From assembly GCA_051962155.1 (NCBI GenBank), contig JBQCCO010000203.1, positions 409 through 64,408 of the forward strand: a stretch of DNA of 64,000 bases, written 5' to 3'. The notes below the pieces were generated by a model. The model made no database searches. It was not told the origin of the DNA and was given only the letters and a program-made list of their open reading frames with translations. A program made the position numbers and the translations under genes. The DNA comes from Leifsonia sp. (lineage in GTDB: Bacteria > Actinomycetota > Actinomycetes > Actinomycetales > Microbacteriaceae). Shown here piece after piece: positions 1-9,648 of this stretch (position 1 is its first letter; every line of letters starts with the position of its first letter).

Positions 1-947
1 GCGCGCTCGCGCTGCAGATCGTGGCCATGCTGGTGTTCCTCTTCGCGCCGGACATCGGCTGGATCATCGGAGCACGTGCGGTCCAGGGCATCGGCACCGG
101 CGCGGCGATGAGCACCTTCACGGCTGCGCTGGTCGAACTCGCGCCCGAACGCCTGAAGAAGCTGGGAGCGACGATCGGCAGCACCGCGCCCGTCGGGGGC
201 CTCGCGATCGGCGCGTTCCTCACCGGACTCGCCGTGCAGTTCATCGCCCAGCCGACCACCCTCGTCTTCGTGAGTCTCGCGCTGCTTTTCGCGGCGGGCC
301 TCGTCGTCGTCTTCGCCGCGCCGGAGACCGTCGAACGGCGACCGGGCGCGATCCGTTCGCTCATCCCGCGCCTGGTGGTGCCTCGCGAGGCGCGTGCGGA
401 GTTCGTCCGCGGGATCCCCGTCTTCATCGCCACCTGGATGCTCGCCGGGCTCTTCATCGGCCTGTCCCCGTCCATCGTGCACGGCGTCTTCCACCTCGAC
501 AGCGGTCTGCTCAACGGCGCCATCGTCGCGGTTCCGCCCGCGGTGGGCGCGCTCGCGGGCCTCCTGCTGACGAGAGCGCCGGCGCGGACGACGGCGGTAT
601 GGTCGATGGCCGGGCTCGTGGTGGGCGTCATCCTCGCCGCAATCGGCATCGCCGGTGCGGTGCTGCCCCTGCTGTTCGCCGGGGCCATCGTGGCGGGCGC
701 GGGGTTCGGCGCGGGCTTCTCGGCGCCGCTCCGCATCCTGGCGCCGCTGGCTCCCAACGACAAGCGGGCGGAGCTCTTCGCGGGCATCTTCCTGGTCAGC
801 TACCTCGCCTACGGCGTGCCCGCCCTGGTGGCCGGCGAGCTGATCGGCGAGATCGGCCTGCTGCCGACCGCGCTGGGATACACGGTCGCGATCGCCGCCG
901 CGGCCACGGTGGCGCTCGTGGTGCAGGCCGTCAGACCACGTCGATGA
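1..947 (+). CDS. MFS transporter, 5'-truncated by window edge
   Basis: Frame is open from the window start to the stop at 945-947. Multi-TM hydrophobic sequence with G/A-rich helices (ARAVQGIGTGAAMSTF...). High GC3. Confidence 0.75.
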   Translation, partial: ALALQIVAMLVFLFAPDIGWIIGARAVQGIGTGAAMSTFTAALVELAPERLKKLGATIGSTAPVGGLAIGAFLTGLAVQFIAQPTTLVFVSLALLFAAGLVVVFAAPETVERRPGAIRSLIPRLVVPREARAEFVRGIPVFIATWMLAGLFIGLSPSIVHGVFHLDSGLLNGAIVAVPPAVGALAGLLLTRAPARTTAVWSMAGLVVGVILAAIGIAGAVLPLLFAGAIVAGAGFGAGFSAPLRILAPLAPNDKRAELFAGIFLVSYLAYGVPALVAGELIGEIGLLPTALGYTVAIAAAATVALVVQAVRPRR

Positions 948-1950
948 GCACCTTGCCCACGGCGCCGTTCTCGACGGCGTCGTGGGCGGCCGCCGTCTGA
1001 TCGAGCGGGAACCGCATGATCGGCAGGCCGTGCTCGTCGCCCACGCGGAGCGCGCCGGCGGCGGCCGCGGCGGCCACAGCACGCACCGCGGCCTCCTTCG
1101 TCTCGTCCGAGACCGTGTAGGTGAGGAGGAACTGCCACCGCAGGTTCTTGCCCATGCTCGGCCGGATCGGGATGCTGACCTCGTTCGCACCCGGCGCGTT
1201 GGCGTAGCTCGCGATGGTCGCGTTGCGGCCGGTGACCTTCACATCCAGCTCCGCGTTCGCGGTCGCGTTCACCTCGACGACGATGTCGACGCCCCGGGGA
1301 GCCAGTGCGCCGATCGCCTCGGCGGTGTCCGGCTCCGTGTAGTTCACGACATGGTGCGCGCCGGCGGCGCGGGCGATCTCGGCCTTCTCGTGGCTGCTCA
1401 CCGTCGCGATGACGGTGGCGCCGGCCCAGACGGCGAGCTGGATGGCGGCATGGCCGACTGCACCCGCGCCTCCCGCGACGAGGACCGTCCGGCCCTCCAG
1501 CGCTCCCGGTGCGAGCTCCGCAGGCACGCCCGCGTGAGCGGTGAGCGCATGGTGCGCCGTGAGCGCCGGGATGCCGAACGACGCCCCCTCGTCGAAGCTC
1601 ACGCCATCGGCCAGGCGGACGGCCTGACGGGCGGGCAGGACCACGAGCTCCTGAGCCGTGCCATCCGGGCGCTCGTAGGCGGCATCCCACACCCAGACGC
1701 GGTCGCCCTCGCGGAGGCCGGTGACACCGTCTCCCACCTCGTCGACGACGCCGGCGCCATCCTGGTTCGGCACCTGAGGATGCGGAAGGTCCGCCGGCCC
1801 GCTGCCGGCCCGCGCCTTCCAGTCCGTCGGGTTCACGCCCGAGACATGGATGCGCACCCGCACTTCGCCCGGGCCGGGATGCGGCTCCGGGCGCTCGCCG
1901 AGGGTCAGGACGCCGGAGTCGCCGGTGCTGGAGTACGTGACAGCCTTCAT
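931..1950 (-). CDS. NADPH:quinone oxidoreductase / zinc-type alcohol dehydrogenase (MDR) family
   Basis: MKAVTYSSTGDSGVLTLGERPEPHPGPGEVRVRIHVSGVNPTDWK plus the Rossmann motif LVAGGAGAVGHAAIQLA. Start placed at the internal ATG (MKAV). The 3' end overlaps the convergent MFS gene by 17 nt. Confidence 0.85.
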   Translation of the reverse strand: MKAVTYSSTGDSGVLTLGERPEPHPGPGEVRVRIHVSGVNPTDWKARAGSGPADLPHPQVPNQDGAGVVDEVGDGVTGLREGDRVWVWDAAYERPDGTAQELVVLPARQAVRLADGVSFDEGASFGIPALTAHHALTAHAGVPAELAPGALEGRTVLVAGGAGAVGHAAIQLAVWAGATVIATVSSHEKAEIARAAGAHHVVNYTEPDTAEAIGALAPRGVDIVVEVNATANAELDVKVTGRNATIASYANAPGANEVSIPIRPSMGKNLRWQFLLTYTVSDETKEAAVRAVAAAAAAGALRVGDEHGLPIMRFPLDQTAAAHDAVENGAVGKVLIDVV

Positions 1951-2019
1951 GGCACCAGCCAACCATGCGCGGCGTCGTCGTGCGAGCATGTCAGCCCGCC
2001 GGCCTCAGCGCATCGTGAG

Positions 2020-3213
2020 TCAGCCCGCCGAGCAGGCGCCGGAGCTGATCGGCGCCGCGCTCACGGACGAGAGCACGGGTCGCAGCTCTGCCAGCGTGAG
2101 CGCATACCCGGTGTCGCCATCGGTCGCGCTCCGGGCGAAGATGACGCCGGCGACGTCGCCCTGGGCGTCGAGCAGCGGTCCGCCCGAGTTGCCGGGTCGC
2201 ACGACGCCGCGCAGCGAGTAGATGTCCCGCTCCACGCTGCCGCTCTGGTAGATGTCGGTGCCGCGGGCCTGCAACCGGTCACGGACGCGTTGCGGCGAGA
2301 TCGTGAACGGTCCATCGCCGGGATAGCCCGCGGCGTAGGCGGCGGCGCCCGCCGTCAGGTCCGGTCCGATGTCGAGCGCCGGGGCGTTCAGATCGGTGAC
2401 GTCGAGCACGGCGAGGTCGCGGGAGGGGTCGAAGGCGACCAGGGTGGCCCGCTCGACATCGCCGCCTCCGGCCTCGCGGACCACGACAGAGGATGCGCCG
2501 GCGACCACATGCGCATTGGTCACGACGCGGCCGCGCTGCACGACCCATCCACTGCCCTCCGAGTCGACGCCGCAGGCGGGCTTGGAGGCGAGGACCGTGA
2601 CGACGGACTGCTCGGACTGCGCGACGGAAGCCGGTATGGACCCGTCCGGCGCCGGCGCCGGCTTGATCGCCTCGCCGCCCTCGAACACCTTCGGGAGTCC
2701 CGCTCCGGCGAGGGCATCGTCGACGGCGCCGAGCACGGTCGTGGACGGGAGGGGCGCCATCCCGTTGAGAGTCGCGACGACGCGCGAGGAGTTCGCCGCC
2801 TGCACCACCGTGGCGAGGCTCGTCGCCAGGGCGAAGCCCGCGACCAGCCAGACGACGACCGCCCAGGTGAGGAGTCCGAACGCGGCGCCGACCAGCGAGT
2901 CGAGCCAGCGGATGGGGCCGTGGCGGAAGACCTTGGCCAGGATGCTCGCGAGCGTTCCGGCGATGGCGTAGACGGCTGCGGCGCACACCAGGACGACCAC
3001 GGCCGCCACGACGGAACGCTGCGTGACGCCTCCGAACCCGGAGGCGGCGAACCATCCCACGACGACCGGCGCGAGGGTCAGGCCGAGCCAGAGACCGAGG
3101 CCCAGGCCCACGAGGGTGCCGGCGGAGCGGATCGCGCCCTTGCTCCATCCCGCCCCGACCGCAAGGATGCCGAGCACGATGAGCACGACGTCCACCACGA
3201 TCTCCACGCCCAT
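2020..3213 (-). CDS. MarP-like CvpA-family membrane anchor fused to a trypsin-like (S1C) serine protease
   Basis: Four N-terminal TM helices, then catalytic triad contexts VVTNAHVVAG (His), DLAVLDV (Asp) and PGNSGGPLL (Ser). Same architecture as mycobacterial MarP/Rv3671c. Confidence 0.85.
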   Translation of the reverse strand: MGVEIVVDVVLIVLGILAVGAGWSKGAIRSAGTLVGLGLGLWLGLTLAPVVVGWFAASGFGGVTQRSVVAAVVVLVCAAAVYAIAGTLASILAKVFRHGPIRWLDSLVGAAFGLLTWAVVVWLVAGFALATSLATVVQAANSSRVVATLNGMAPLPSTTVLGAVDDALAGAGLPKVFEGGEAIKPAPAPDGSIPASVAQSEQSVVTVLASKPACGVDSEGSGWVVQRGRVVTNAHVVAGASSVVVREAGGGDVERATLVAFDPSRDLAVLDVTDLNAPALDIGPDLTAGAAAYAAGYPGDGPFTISPQRVRDRLQARGTDIYQSGSVERDIYSLRGVVRPGNSGGPLLDAQGDVAGVIFARSATDGDTGYALTLAELRPVLSSVSAAPISSGACSAG

Positions 3214-3342
3214 ACCTTCCACCACCAGACTGGGCGATGGCTCAACCCGGGGTGGACGTCCGCTGGCCGGTGCCTCTGTGATTCACAGGAACGGACGGCA
3301 GGCCGGTGAGTCCGGGCCCCGCCGCCACCTTCGGCGGAGGGT

Positions 3343-3486
3343 CTAGAGGCGACCGTCCTCCTCGTCGCCGTCGTCGACGGAGTCGGGGGCGGGCTGACGC
3401 GCCGGGACGATGTCCGGATCCAGCTGCTCCTCCGGCACGATGTCCGGGAAGTCGGCGGTCTCCTGGTCGCTACTCTGTCTGGCCAT
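3343..3486 (-). CDS. Small acidic protein, 47 aa (below the cutoff of the ORF track)
   Basis: Hand translation gives MARQSSDQETADFPDIVPEEQLDPDIVPARQPAPDSVDDGDEEDGRL*. About 41 of 47 codons end in G/C, matching the coding bias of its neighbours. Internal PDIVP duplication. A CCGCCG/CGGCGG hairpin lies just downstream. No clear SD. Confidence 0.4.
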   Translation of the reverse strand: MARQSSDQETADFPDIVPEEQLDPDIVPARQPAPDSVDDGDEEDGRL

Positions 3487-3570
3487 GCGCGAACGTTACG
3501 CCCGCGAGCCCGGAAGGAATAGTCCCATCGGGACCGTTCGCGACCGGGCCGCGGGCGTCGCGTGGGGGAC

Positions 3571-4271
<701 letters not shown>

Positions 4272-4275
<4 letters not shown>

Positions 4276-5009
4276 CCCTGTACCGTACGCTCGCGGCCAC
4301 GCCCCGAGCGGGTCAGCGCGAAGACCGCGACCACGAGGGCGATCGCGCCAAGGACCAGTCCGCCCACGCCGACGGCGAGGGAGATGACGGTCGCGGTGGC
4401 GCCGGCGTTCGCCGCCGGGGGATGGGGCGCTGCGCTCGCCACCAGTGGTGTCGCGGAGTCCGCGGCCGGCGCAGGGTCGGTGATGTACAGCGTCGGTGCG
4501 GGATGCTCGGGCTCCGTGCCCGAGGCGGGAGTCGGCTGGTCCCAGTTCACGACGGTGCCGTCGGAGTAGTACTGGTGGGTGGGGAGCAGCACGGATCCGG
4601 TGTCCGGCACGGCGCCCGCCGACACCGTGAACTGCTGGAACTGCCCCGGCGCGATCCGGACGCCGCTGGCTGCGGTCCAGGTGACCCGGATGGGCGCCTC
4701 GGTGATCGTGCCGTCGTCCGTCTTCACCGGCTGGGCGAGCTTCTCGGTGTCGACGGTGGTCGTCCATCCCGCCAGCGGCAGATAGCTGACCGACGTGAAC
4801 GGCGTCTTCGTCGGCAGGTCGACGACGAGCTTGACGGTGCCGGCGGTCGCCGACTCGGTGGGAACGCGGAACGTGAGGGTGGTGTAGCTGCCGGGAGTGG
4901 CCTGATCGGGGTCGACGTGCACGTGTGCGCTCGCCGCGAGTGGCGCGCCGAGCAGGAGGAAAGCGGTGGATGCCGCCGCGATGGACGCGGCGAACGTGGT
5001 CTTCTTCAT
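4272..5009 (-). CDS. ycnI: YcnI-family (DUF1775) copper-binding protein, C-terminally membrane anchored
   Basis: Signal peptide ending ASA|HVHVDPDQATPGSYTTLTFRVPTE (N-terminal His brace context typical of YcnI). C-terminal TM helix. Confidence 0.85.
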
Positions 5010-5091
5010 GGGGTCCCTTGGATGGTCGGATCGTCGATGAGCGCGTGCGCGCGAGACCGACGCGGACCGTCGGAGCGGACGGGTGCCGGAG

Positions 5092-5751
5092 TCAGAGCGC
5101 GCAGGCGATCGCCGGCGGTCCGCGGTGCCGCAGCCGCGCCAGCGGGAGCCCCAGGTCGCGGAGGCGAGCGGGCTCGGCAGCGGCCGGCGCGGCCACGGAG
5201 GCGGCGACGGGGACCGGGACGACGACGAGGCGGTCGGCCGCGCGCTCGATGCGCACCCGCGCGGTCTCGAAGAGCCCCCAGAACGCGCGCTCGCCGAATC
5301 GCAGCGCGATGACGGTGACGAGCACAGCCGTCGCGTGCGTCAGCCACATCGACGGGCTCAGCTCGGAGCCGTGCGACGCCGGCATCGCGCCCCCGACGAG
5401 AGTCAGGTGGGCGCCGGCGTGCAGGTGCGTCATCCCGCCGATGAGAGTGCCCGTGGACGTGCCTGTGCCCGTGCCTGTGCCCGTGGTCGTGAAGTGCGCG
5501 TCGCCTCCGCCGAGGCTGAACAGGGCATGGAACAGGAACTGGCTGGACGCCACTGCGAGCGTCAGGCGCCAGAGCGAGAGCCGCCGGGCCGTGAGCGCGA
5601 CCGACGCCAGCGTGGCGAACGCCAGGCTGAGCACGAGGGGGATCGCTCCGGGAGCGGTCCCGCCGCCCGCGACATGGAACAGCGAGGAGACGAGGATGGC
5701 GGTGCCGGAGGCGAGCATGGCGCGCGTCAGGCGAGCCCACCTCGATCCCAT
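5092..5751 (-). CDS. His/Met-rich integral membrane protein, first gene of the ycnI-copC cluster
   Basis: Start placed at MGSRWARL. Several TM helices. Contains a GGGDAHFTTTGTGTGTGTSTGTLIGGMTHLHAGAH segment. Same strand as ycnI and 82 nt upstream of it. Confidence 0.6.
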   Translation of the reverse strand: MGSRWARLTRAMLASGTAILVSSLFHVAGGGTAPGAIPLVLSLAFATLASVALTARRLSLWRLTLAVASSQFLFHALFSLGGGDAHFTTTGTGTGTGTSTGTLIGGMTHLHAGAHLTLVGGAMPASHGSELSPSMWLTHATAVLVTVIALRFGERAFWGLFETARVRIERAADRLVVVPVPVAASVAAPAAAEPARLRDLGLPLARLRHRGPPAIACAL

Positions 5752-5810
5752 GCGCGTCCTCTCCTGAAGCCCCTCAGCCAGTCTAGGGAGGCGGTGGAAT
5801 CCCCGGGGAA

Positions 5811-7064
5811 ATGGATCCATTCGTCTGCATTGATGGAACATCCAGTCGAGATCCTGTAGAAATGATCGGTACCCCTTTCGCGCCTCTCCCGGTGCGTCGA
5901 CCCCGACCGACTCGACCAGGAAGTACCAGCAGCTTGCCCCAGTCCACTCCCTCAGCGCGGCCACGCCGCAGTCTCAGGGCACCCGTCGTGGTGGATGTGG
6001 ATCAGCAGCAGGCACTCTCCGACGATCCGGTGAGCGCGTTCACGACGCTCGAGGAGCTGGCGGCGACGCAGACCTTCCCGAGTCGCCGAGCGGCGCTCGA
6101 GGCGGAGCGCTCCCGGCCGCGCAAGCGCGAGCGCATCGTCGTCAAGCCGACGCGCGCGGCCCGCGCCGAGGTCGCCCGGCCGGCCCGTGCCGAGGTCGCC
6201 CGCCCGGCCCGCGCCGAGCGCTCGGAGGCCGCAGCCCCGCGACCGGTGTCCGCTCCTCGGAAGCAGCGCGCCGCACGCCCGGTTGCCGCCGTCACGACCT
6301 CGCCTGCACGCGCCGGCCGGCAGCGGCGCCATCGCTGGGGCATCCACACGGTCGTCATGCTCTCCCTCGCCGCCTTCTTCGGTACCGCCGCCCTCCCCGC
6401 CTACGCCACCACCGGCGAGGGTTCGACCGGCGGCGCGGCCCGCACGGCACTCGCCGTCCAGACCCTGACCGGGGGTGGCGTGACGCAGGTCGTCGCGCGC
6501 GACGGCCTCAACATCCAGGAGAGCCCGCAGGCCCTGGATTCGACCACCAACTCGTCCGTCTCTCCGGCCGTGCAGGCGCTCGCCGTCCAGCTCATGGGCG
6601 CCGTCGCGTCCGGTCGTCTCGTCGGTTCGACGCCGAACCACATCCCGGAGATCGCCAACCTCGCCGAGGGCAAGGCCGTCCCGAGCTGCGGCGTCGACTA
6701 CCGCGTGCTCCAGGCCATCTCGGTGGCCCTCGACAACTTCAACCAGGTGGGCATCAGCGACATCAACCGCCGCTGCACCGGCCAGATCGAGGGAGCAGGA
6801 ACCAGCTCGGCGCACTATGCGGACGGCGGCGGCCACGCGGTCGACTTCTACCTGCTGAACGGCTCGCCGCTCACCGGCGGCGACGCGAAGTCGATGCAGC
6901 TCATCCGCATCCTCGACCCGCTTGTCCCTGACGGTTCCGGCCTCGGACAGGTGGAGTGCCGGTCCTCGATGGACCTCACCAACTTCAAGCCGTTCGACGA
7001 CACCTGCAACCACCTGCACATCGACTTCCTCAAGTCGGACGGCGCCACCCTCCGCTACGGCTGA
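5811..7064 (+). CDS. Secreted/anchored LAS-type (peptidase M15 / VanY-like) zinc-peptidase-like protein with a long Arg-rich N-terminal region
   Basis: TM/signal anchor WGIHTVVMLSLAAFFGTAALPAYA. The C-terminal domain has SAHYADGGGHAVDF and CNHLHIDF (an H..D and HxH metal-ligand pattern). The true start is uncertain and probably lies downstream of 5870, for example a GTG near 5983. Confidence 0.6.
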   Translation: MDPFVCIDGTSSRDPVEMIGTPFAPLPVRRPRPTRPGSTSSLPQSTPSARPRRSLRAPVVVDVDQQQALSDDPVSAFTTLEELAATQTFPSRRAALEAERSRPRKRERIVVKPTRAARAEVARPARAEVARPARAERSEAAAPRPVSAPRKQRAARPVAAVTTSPARAGRQRRHRWGIHTVVMLSLAAFFGTAALPAYATTGEGSTGGAARTALAVQTLTGGGVTQVVARDGLNIQESPQALDSTTNSSVSPAVQALAVQLMGAVASGRLVGSTPNHIPEIANLAEGKAVPSCGVDYRVLQAISVALDNFNQVGISDINRRCTGQIEGAGTSSAHYADGGGHAVDFYLLNGSPLTGGDAKSMQLIRILDPLVPDGSGLGQVECRSSMDLTNFKPFDDTCNHLHIDFLKSDGATLRYG

Positions 7065-7071
7065 CCGGATC

Positions 7072-7728
7072 TCAGCCGAAGAGGTTGAGCGCGGCCCACT
7101 GCACGAGGATGACGGTCTTGCCGTCGGCGATCCGGCCGTCCGCGACCATCCCGAGTGCCTCGTCGTAGGGCACGACGACCGGCTCGATCTCCTCGCCCTC
7201 CTCTTCCACGCCGCCCCCGCCGGAGACGTCCGCCGGAGCGTACTCCGCCGCATAGAAGTGGACGCGCTCGGTGACCGAACCCGGACTCATGTACAGGTCG
7301 AACAGATGCGTGAGCTCACCGATCCGCACCCCGAGCTCCTCGGCGGCCTCACGCCGAATCGCCTCCTCCGGCGAGTCGCCGTCGAGCAGCCCCGCCGCGG
7401 ACTCGATCAGCATGCCGTCCGGATGCCCGTTGACGTACGCGGGGAACCGGAACTGGCGCGAGAGCAGCAGTGTGCGGCCGACGGGATCGTAGAGCAGCAC
7501 AGTCGCGCCGTTGCCCCGGTCGTAGGTCTCGCGCGACTGCGTGGTCCACTCGCCGGTGCGGCCGCGATAACCGAAGGTCGTACGGCGGAGAACGTGCCAG
7601 CCGTCCGAGGTCACCTCGACATCGTGGATGCGCACATCCGGATTGCCGGTCAGGTCGCGTCCCGTCCGGTGCAGGCCCGTGCGCCCTCGGGTGTCCGGGA
7701 GGTCGTGTCCGGGCCGCTCGTCGCTCAT
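7072..7728 (-). CDS. NUDIX hydrolase (nucleoside-diphosphate-sugar pyrophosphatase-like)
   Basis: Nudix box variant GLLDGDSPEEAIRREAAEELGV. Length and fold pattern resemble NudF/NudK. Confidence 0.85.
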   Translation of the reverse strand: MSDERPGHDLPDTRGRTGLHRTGRDLTGNPDVRIHDVEVTSDGWHVLRRTTFGYRGRTGEWTTQSRETYDRGNGATVLLYDPVGRTLLLSRQFRFPAYVNGHPDGMLIESAAGLLDGDSPEEAIRREAAEELGVRIGELTHLFDLYMSPGSVTERVHFYAAEYAPADVSGGGGVEEEGEEIEPVVVPYDEALGMVADGRIADGKTVILVQWAALNLFG

Positions 7729-7757
7729 GCTCCGAGCCTAGGCCGTGCGGCCACAGC

Positions 7758-9584
7758 TCACGAACGAAGGTAGCCCGTGGAACGGCCTCCACCCACCGAC
7801 CGGGCTTTGCCTTCCTCAACCAAGGTTCGCAGCGCGTTCCGGACACGCGGAAGCGGCCAATCCAACTGCGCCGCCAACTCCCCCGTCCGCACGGGCGAAT
7901 TAGGGGATAGCAGACCATAGATGGTCGCCGCTGCATCATCCGGCGCCATCCGCGCTCGCTTCATCAGCTGCGGCAACTCCGCTGCGACGTCAGCAACGGC
8001 TCCGTCTCCATCAAGCCCTGCAACAAGCTCATACATTCTGCCCCGCGTAGCGCCGACCGTGCGAGCGAGACCCATATCAACCAGTCCCGTCAGCAGCTGG
8101 CGAGCCTTGTGTGCGTCAAGCCGCAGGAAGCCCTGAAGCGCCGACGTCGTCCACTTCTCGCCGCGGCGCATCCGTACGAGGACACGTCGCTGATCGTCGG
8201 AGAGACGTGCCGCGTTCGGCAGCTGAGACAGCCAATCCGCATCCTTCCGTTTGATCGGCGCAGCCCGAAGCACCATCACCTTGAACCGGATCACTTCGTT
8301 GAAGAACCGTGGTTTCTGAAGGCCGGCGTCGGCGAGACTATCGAACACGCGATTGATACCTGTGGCCAGTGCCTCAACGACGCGGATGTTCTGGCGAGTG
8401 CGCACCCACTGCAGCATCCGGATCAGTTGCCCGTTCCGGGACGAGGACAGCATGTGAAGCCCTAATGCCTGCTGGTTCAAGTTCCACAACCCTCCCGGAT
8501 TCTCAATGATCAGCCGGTCCGGGAGAAGCCGAAGGTCCACCGCTGCGTTTAGCGTGTGCGGTGCCAGATCGCGGTGGACCAGAGCATTCGAGAGCAGCTC
8601 ACGGACAGCCTCCAGAGGGTACTCGGGGACATCCCTTCCCTGACCATCCCCACCGAACACCACCCTGGTGCGGGTGTTCCGGGTCACCCACCGCATTGCC
8701 TCATCCAGCATCGCCGGTATGGCTCCTGCGATCTCCTGCACGTCGGATGCACGCGTCCCCGTCGGGTCCCCACGGTCGGGGGCGACACTGGCCTTGATGA
8801 TCAGCCGAGGGAAGAACTGCTGCGGGTAGACACCCAGCGAAAGCAAGCCGGCGACCGTCGGCTGACCGTCGGCAGTGATCACCCCAGTCCGCATCAGCAG
8901 CTCGTCATCGCCCATCCTCGAGAGCTCCGGCCGTTCCCTCGCCAACTGGAGATAGGACCGCACGAGCTCCTCGTCCAGGTCGGACCTGGTCGCTCCCTCA
9001 ATAGGTTCTTCGTCGAATCGGGGCCTTCCCCGGTTGTGCTCGAAGGTTGTTTCCTCCTGCGCTGTCAGCGGGTAGTCGCCGTCGTTCACGCGCACATACG
9101 ACTGGCCACCGGACACCCGGGACGGCCTCAACTCTGGCTCCAGAGCACCAACCTCAACGACCACGATGTTCTTGCCCTCGAAAAGCATCACCTGTGTGGC
9201 AATGCGGCGGAGGGGTGGATTCATCGAATGTGCCATGTTCGCAACAGCTCGCTGCATATCACCAGGGTTGGTGACACCGACGGTGGTAAATCCGTTGGAC
9301 TCATCTATCCCGAGGAGGACAACCCCGCCCTCAGTGTTCGCGAAGGCCGATAGGGTGGTCGGCAGGTTCGACGGGACTCCTCCCGACGCTCGCTTCACTT
9401 CCACCTGCGCGGTATCGGTGCCGTCCGAACGTATGGAAGCTATCGTCGCTGCGAGGATCTCCGGGGTCACGGGATAAGCATAACTTGCACTCGCTGCAAC
9501 AATTAAACCTGCTCTAACGCCCTGCAATCCTGCAATAGCGCCCCTTGCACCACGGTTACGCTGCAAATAGCCGGCTAAATGCAC
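7758..9584 (-). CDS. AlbA_2 (Schlafen-like) DNA-binding domain / HATPase_c_4 ATP-binding protein with C-terminal winged-helix repeats
   Basis: N-terminal EVKRASGGVPSNLPTTLSAFANTEGGVVLLGIDE (AlbA_2 signature). Central AVRELLSNALVHRD...IENPGG (GHKL-like ATPase). Two C-terminal wHTH-like segments. The likely true start is the GTG at 9470, since the first 38 codons are AT-rich and repetitive. Confidence 0.75.
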   Translation of the reverse strand: MHLAGYLQRNRGARGAIAGLQGVRAGLIVAASASYAYPVTPEILAATIASIRSDGTDTAQVEVKRASGGVPSNLPTTLSAFANTEGGVVLLGIDESNGFTTVGVTNPGDMQRAVANMAHSMNPPLRRIATQVMLFEGKNIVVVEVGALEPELRPSRVSGGQSYVRVNDGDYPLTAQEETTFEHNRGRPRFDEEPIEGATRSDLDEELVRSYLQLARERPELSRMGDDELLMRTGVITADGQPTVAGLLSLGVYPQQFFPRLIIKASVAPDRGDPTGTRASDVQEIAGAIPAMLDEAMRWVTRNTRTRVVFGGDGQGRDVPEYPLEAVRELLSNALVHRDLAPHTLNAAVDLRLLPDRLIIENPGGLWNLNQQALGLHMLSSSRNGQLIRMLQWVRTRQNIRVVEALATGINRVFDSLADAGLQKPRFFNEVIRFKVMVLRAAPIKRKDADWLSQLPNAARLSDDQRRVLVRMRRGEKWTTSALQGFLRLDAHKARQLLTGLVDMGLARTVGATRGRMYELVAGLDGDGAVADVAAELPQLMKRARMAPDDAAATIYGLLSPNSPVRTGELAAQLDWPLPRVRNALRTLVEEGKARSVGGGRSTGYLRS

Positions 9585-9648
9585 GATTAGGCCCTTCGGC
9601 CGTGTTGACGAACTCGGTCTTGATTCTGTGGAGGTTTGAGGCAGCGCC

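Noticed and set aside
982-3309. 775-aa plus-strand ORF.
   Set aside because: It is a shadow ORF antisense to the quinone oxidoreductase and MarP-like genes. Its composition (R, G, D, A runs) is typical of the wrong frame in high-GC DNA.
5752-5990. c-di-AMP (ydaO-type) riboswitch upstream of the peptidase-like wall enzyme.
   Set aside because: A GGAATCCCCGGGGAAA segment looked superficially similar. However, the conserved ydaO elements, including the 3' ...CAGCUAACC... type segment as I recall it, are absent.
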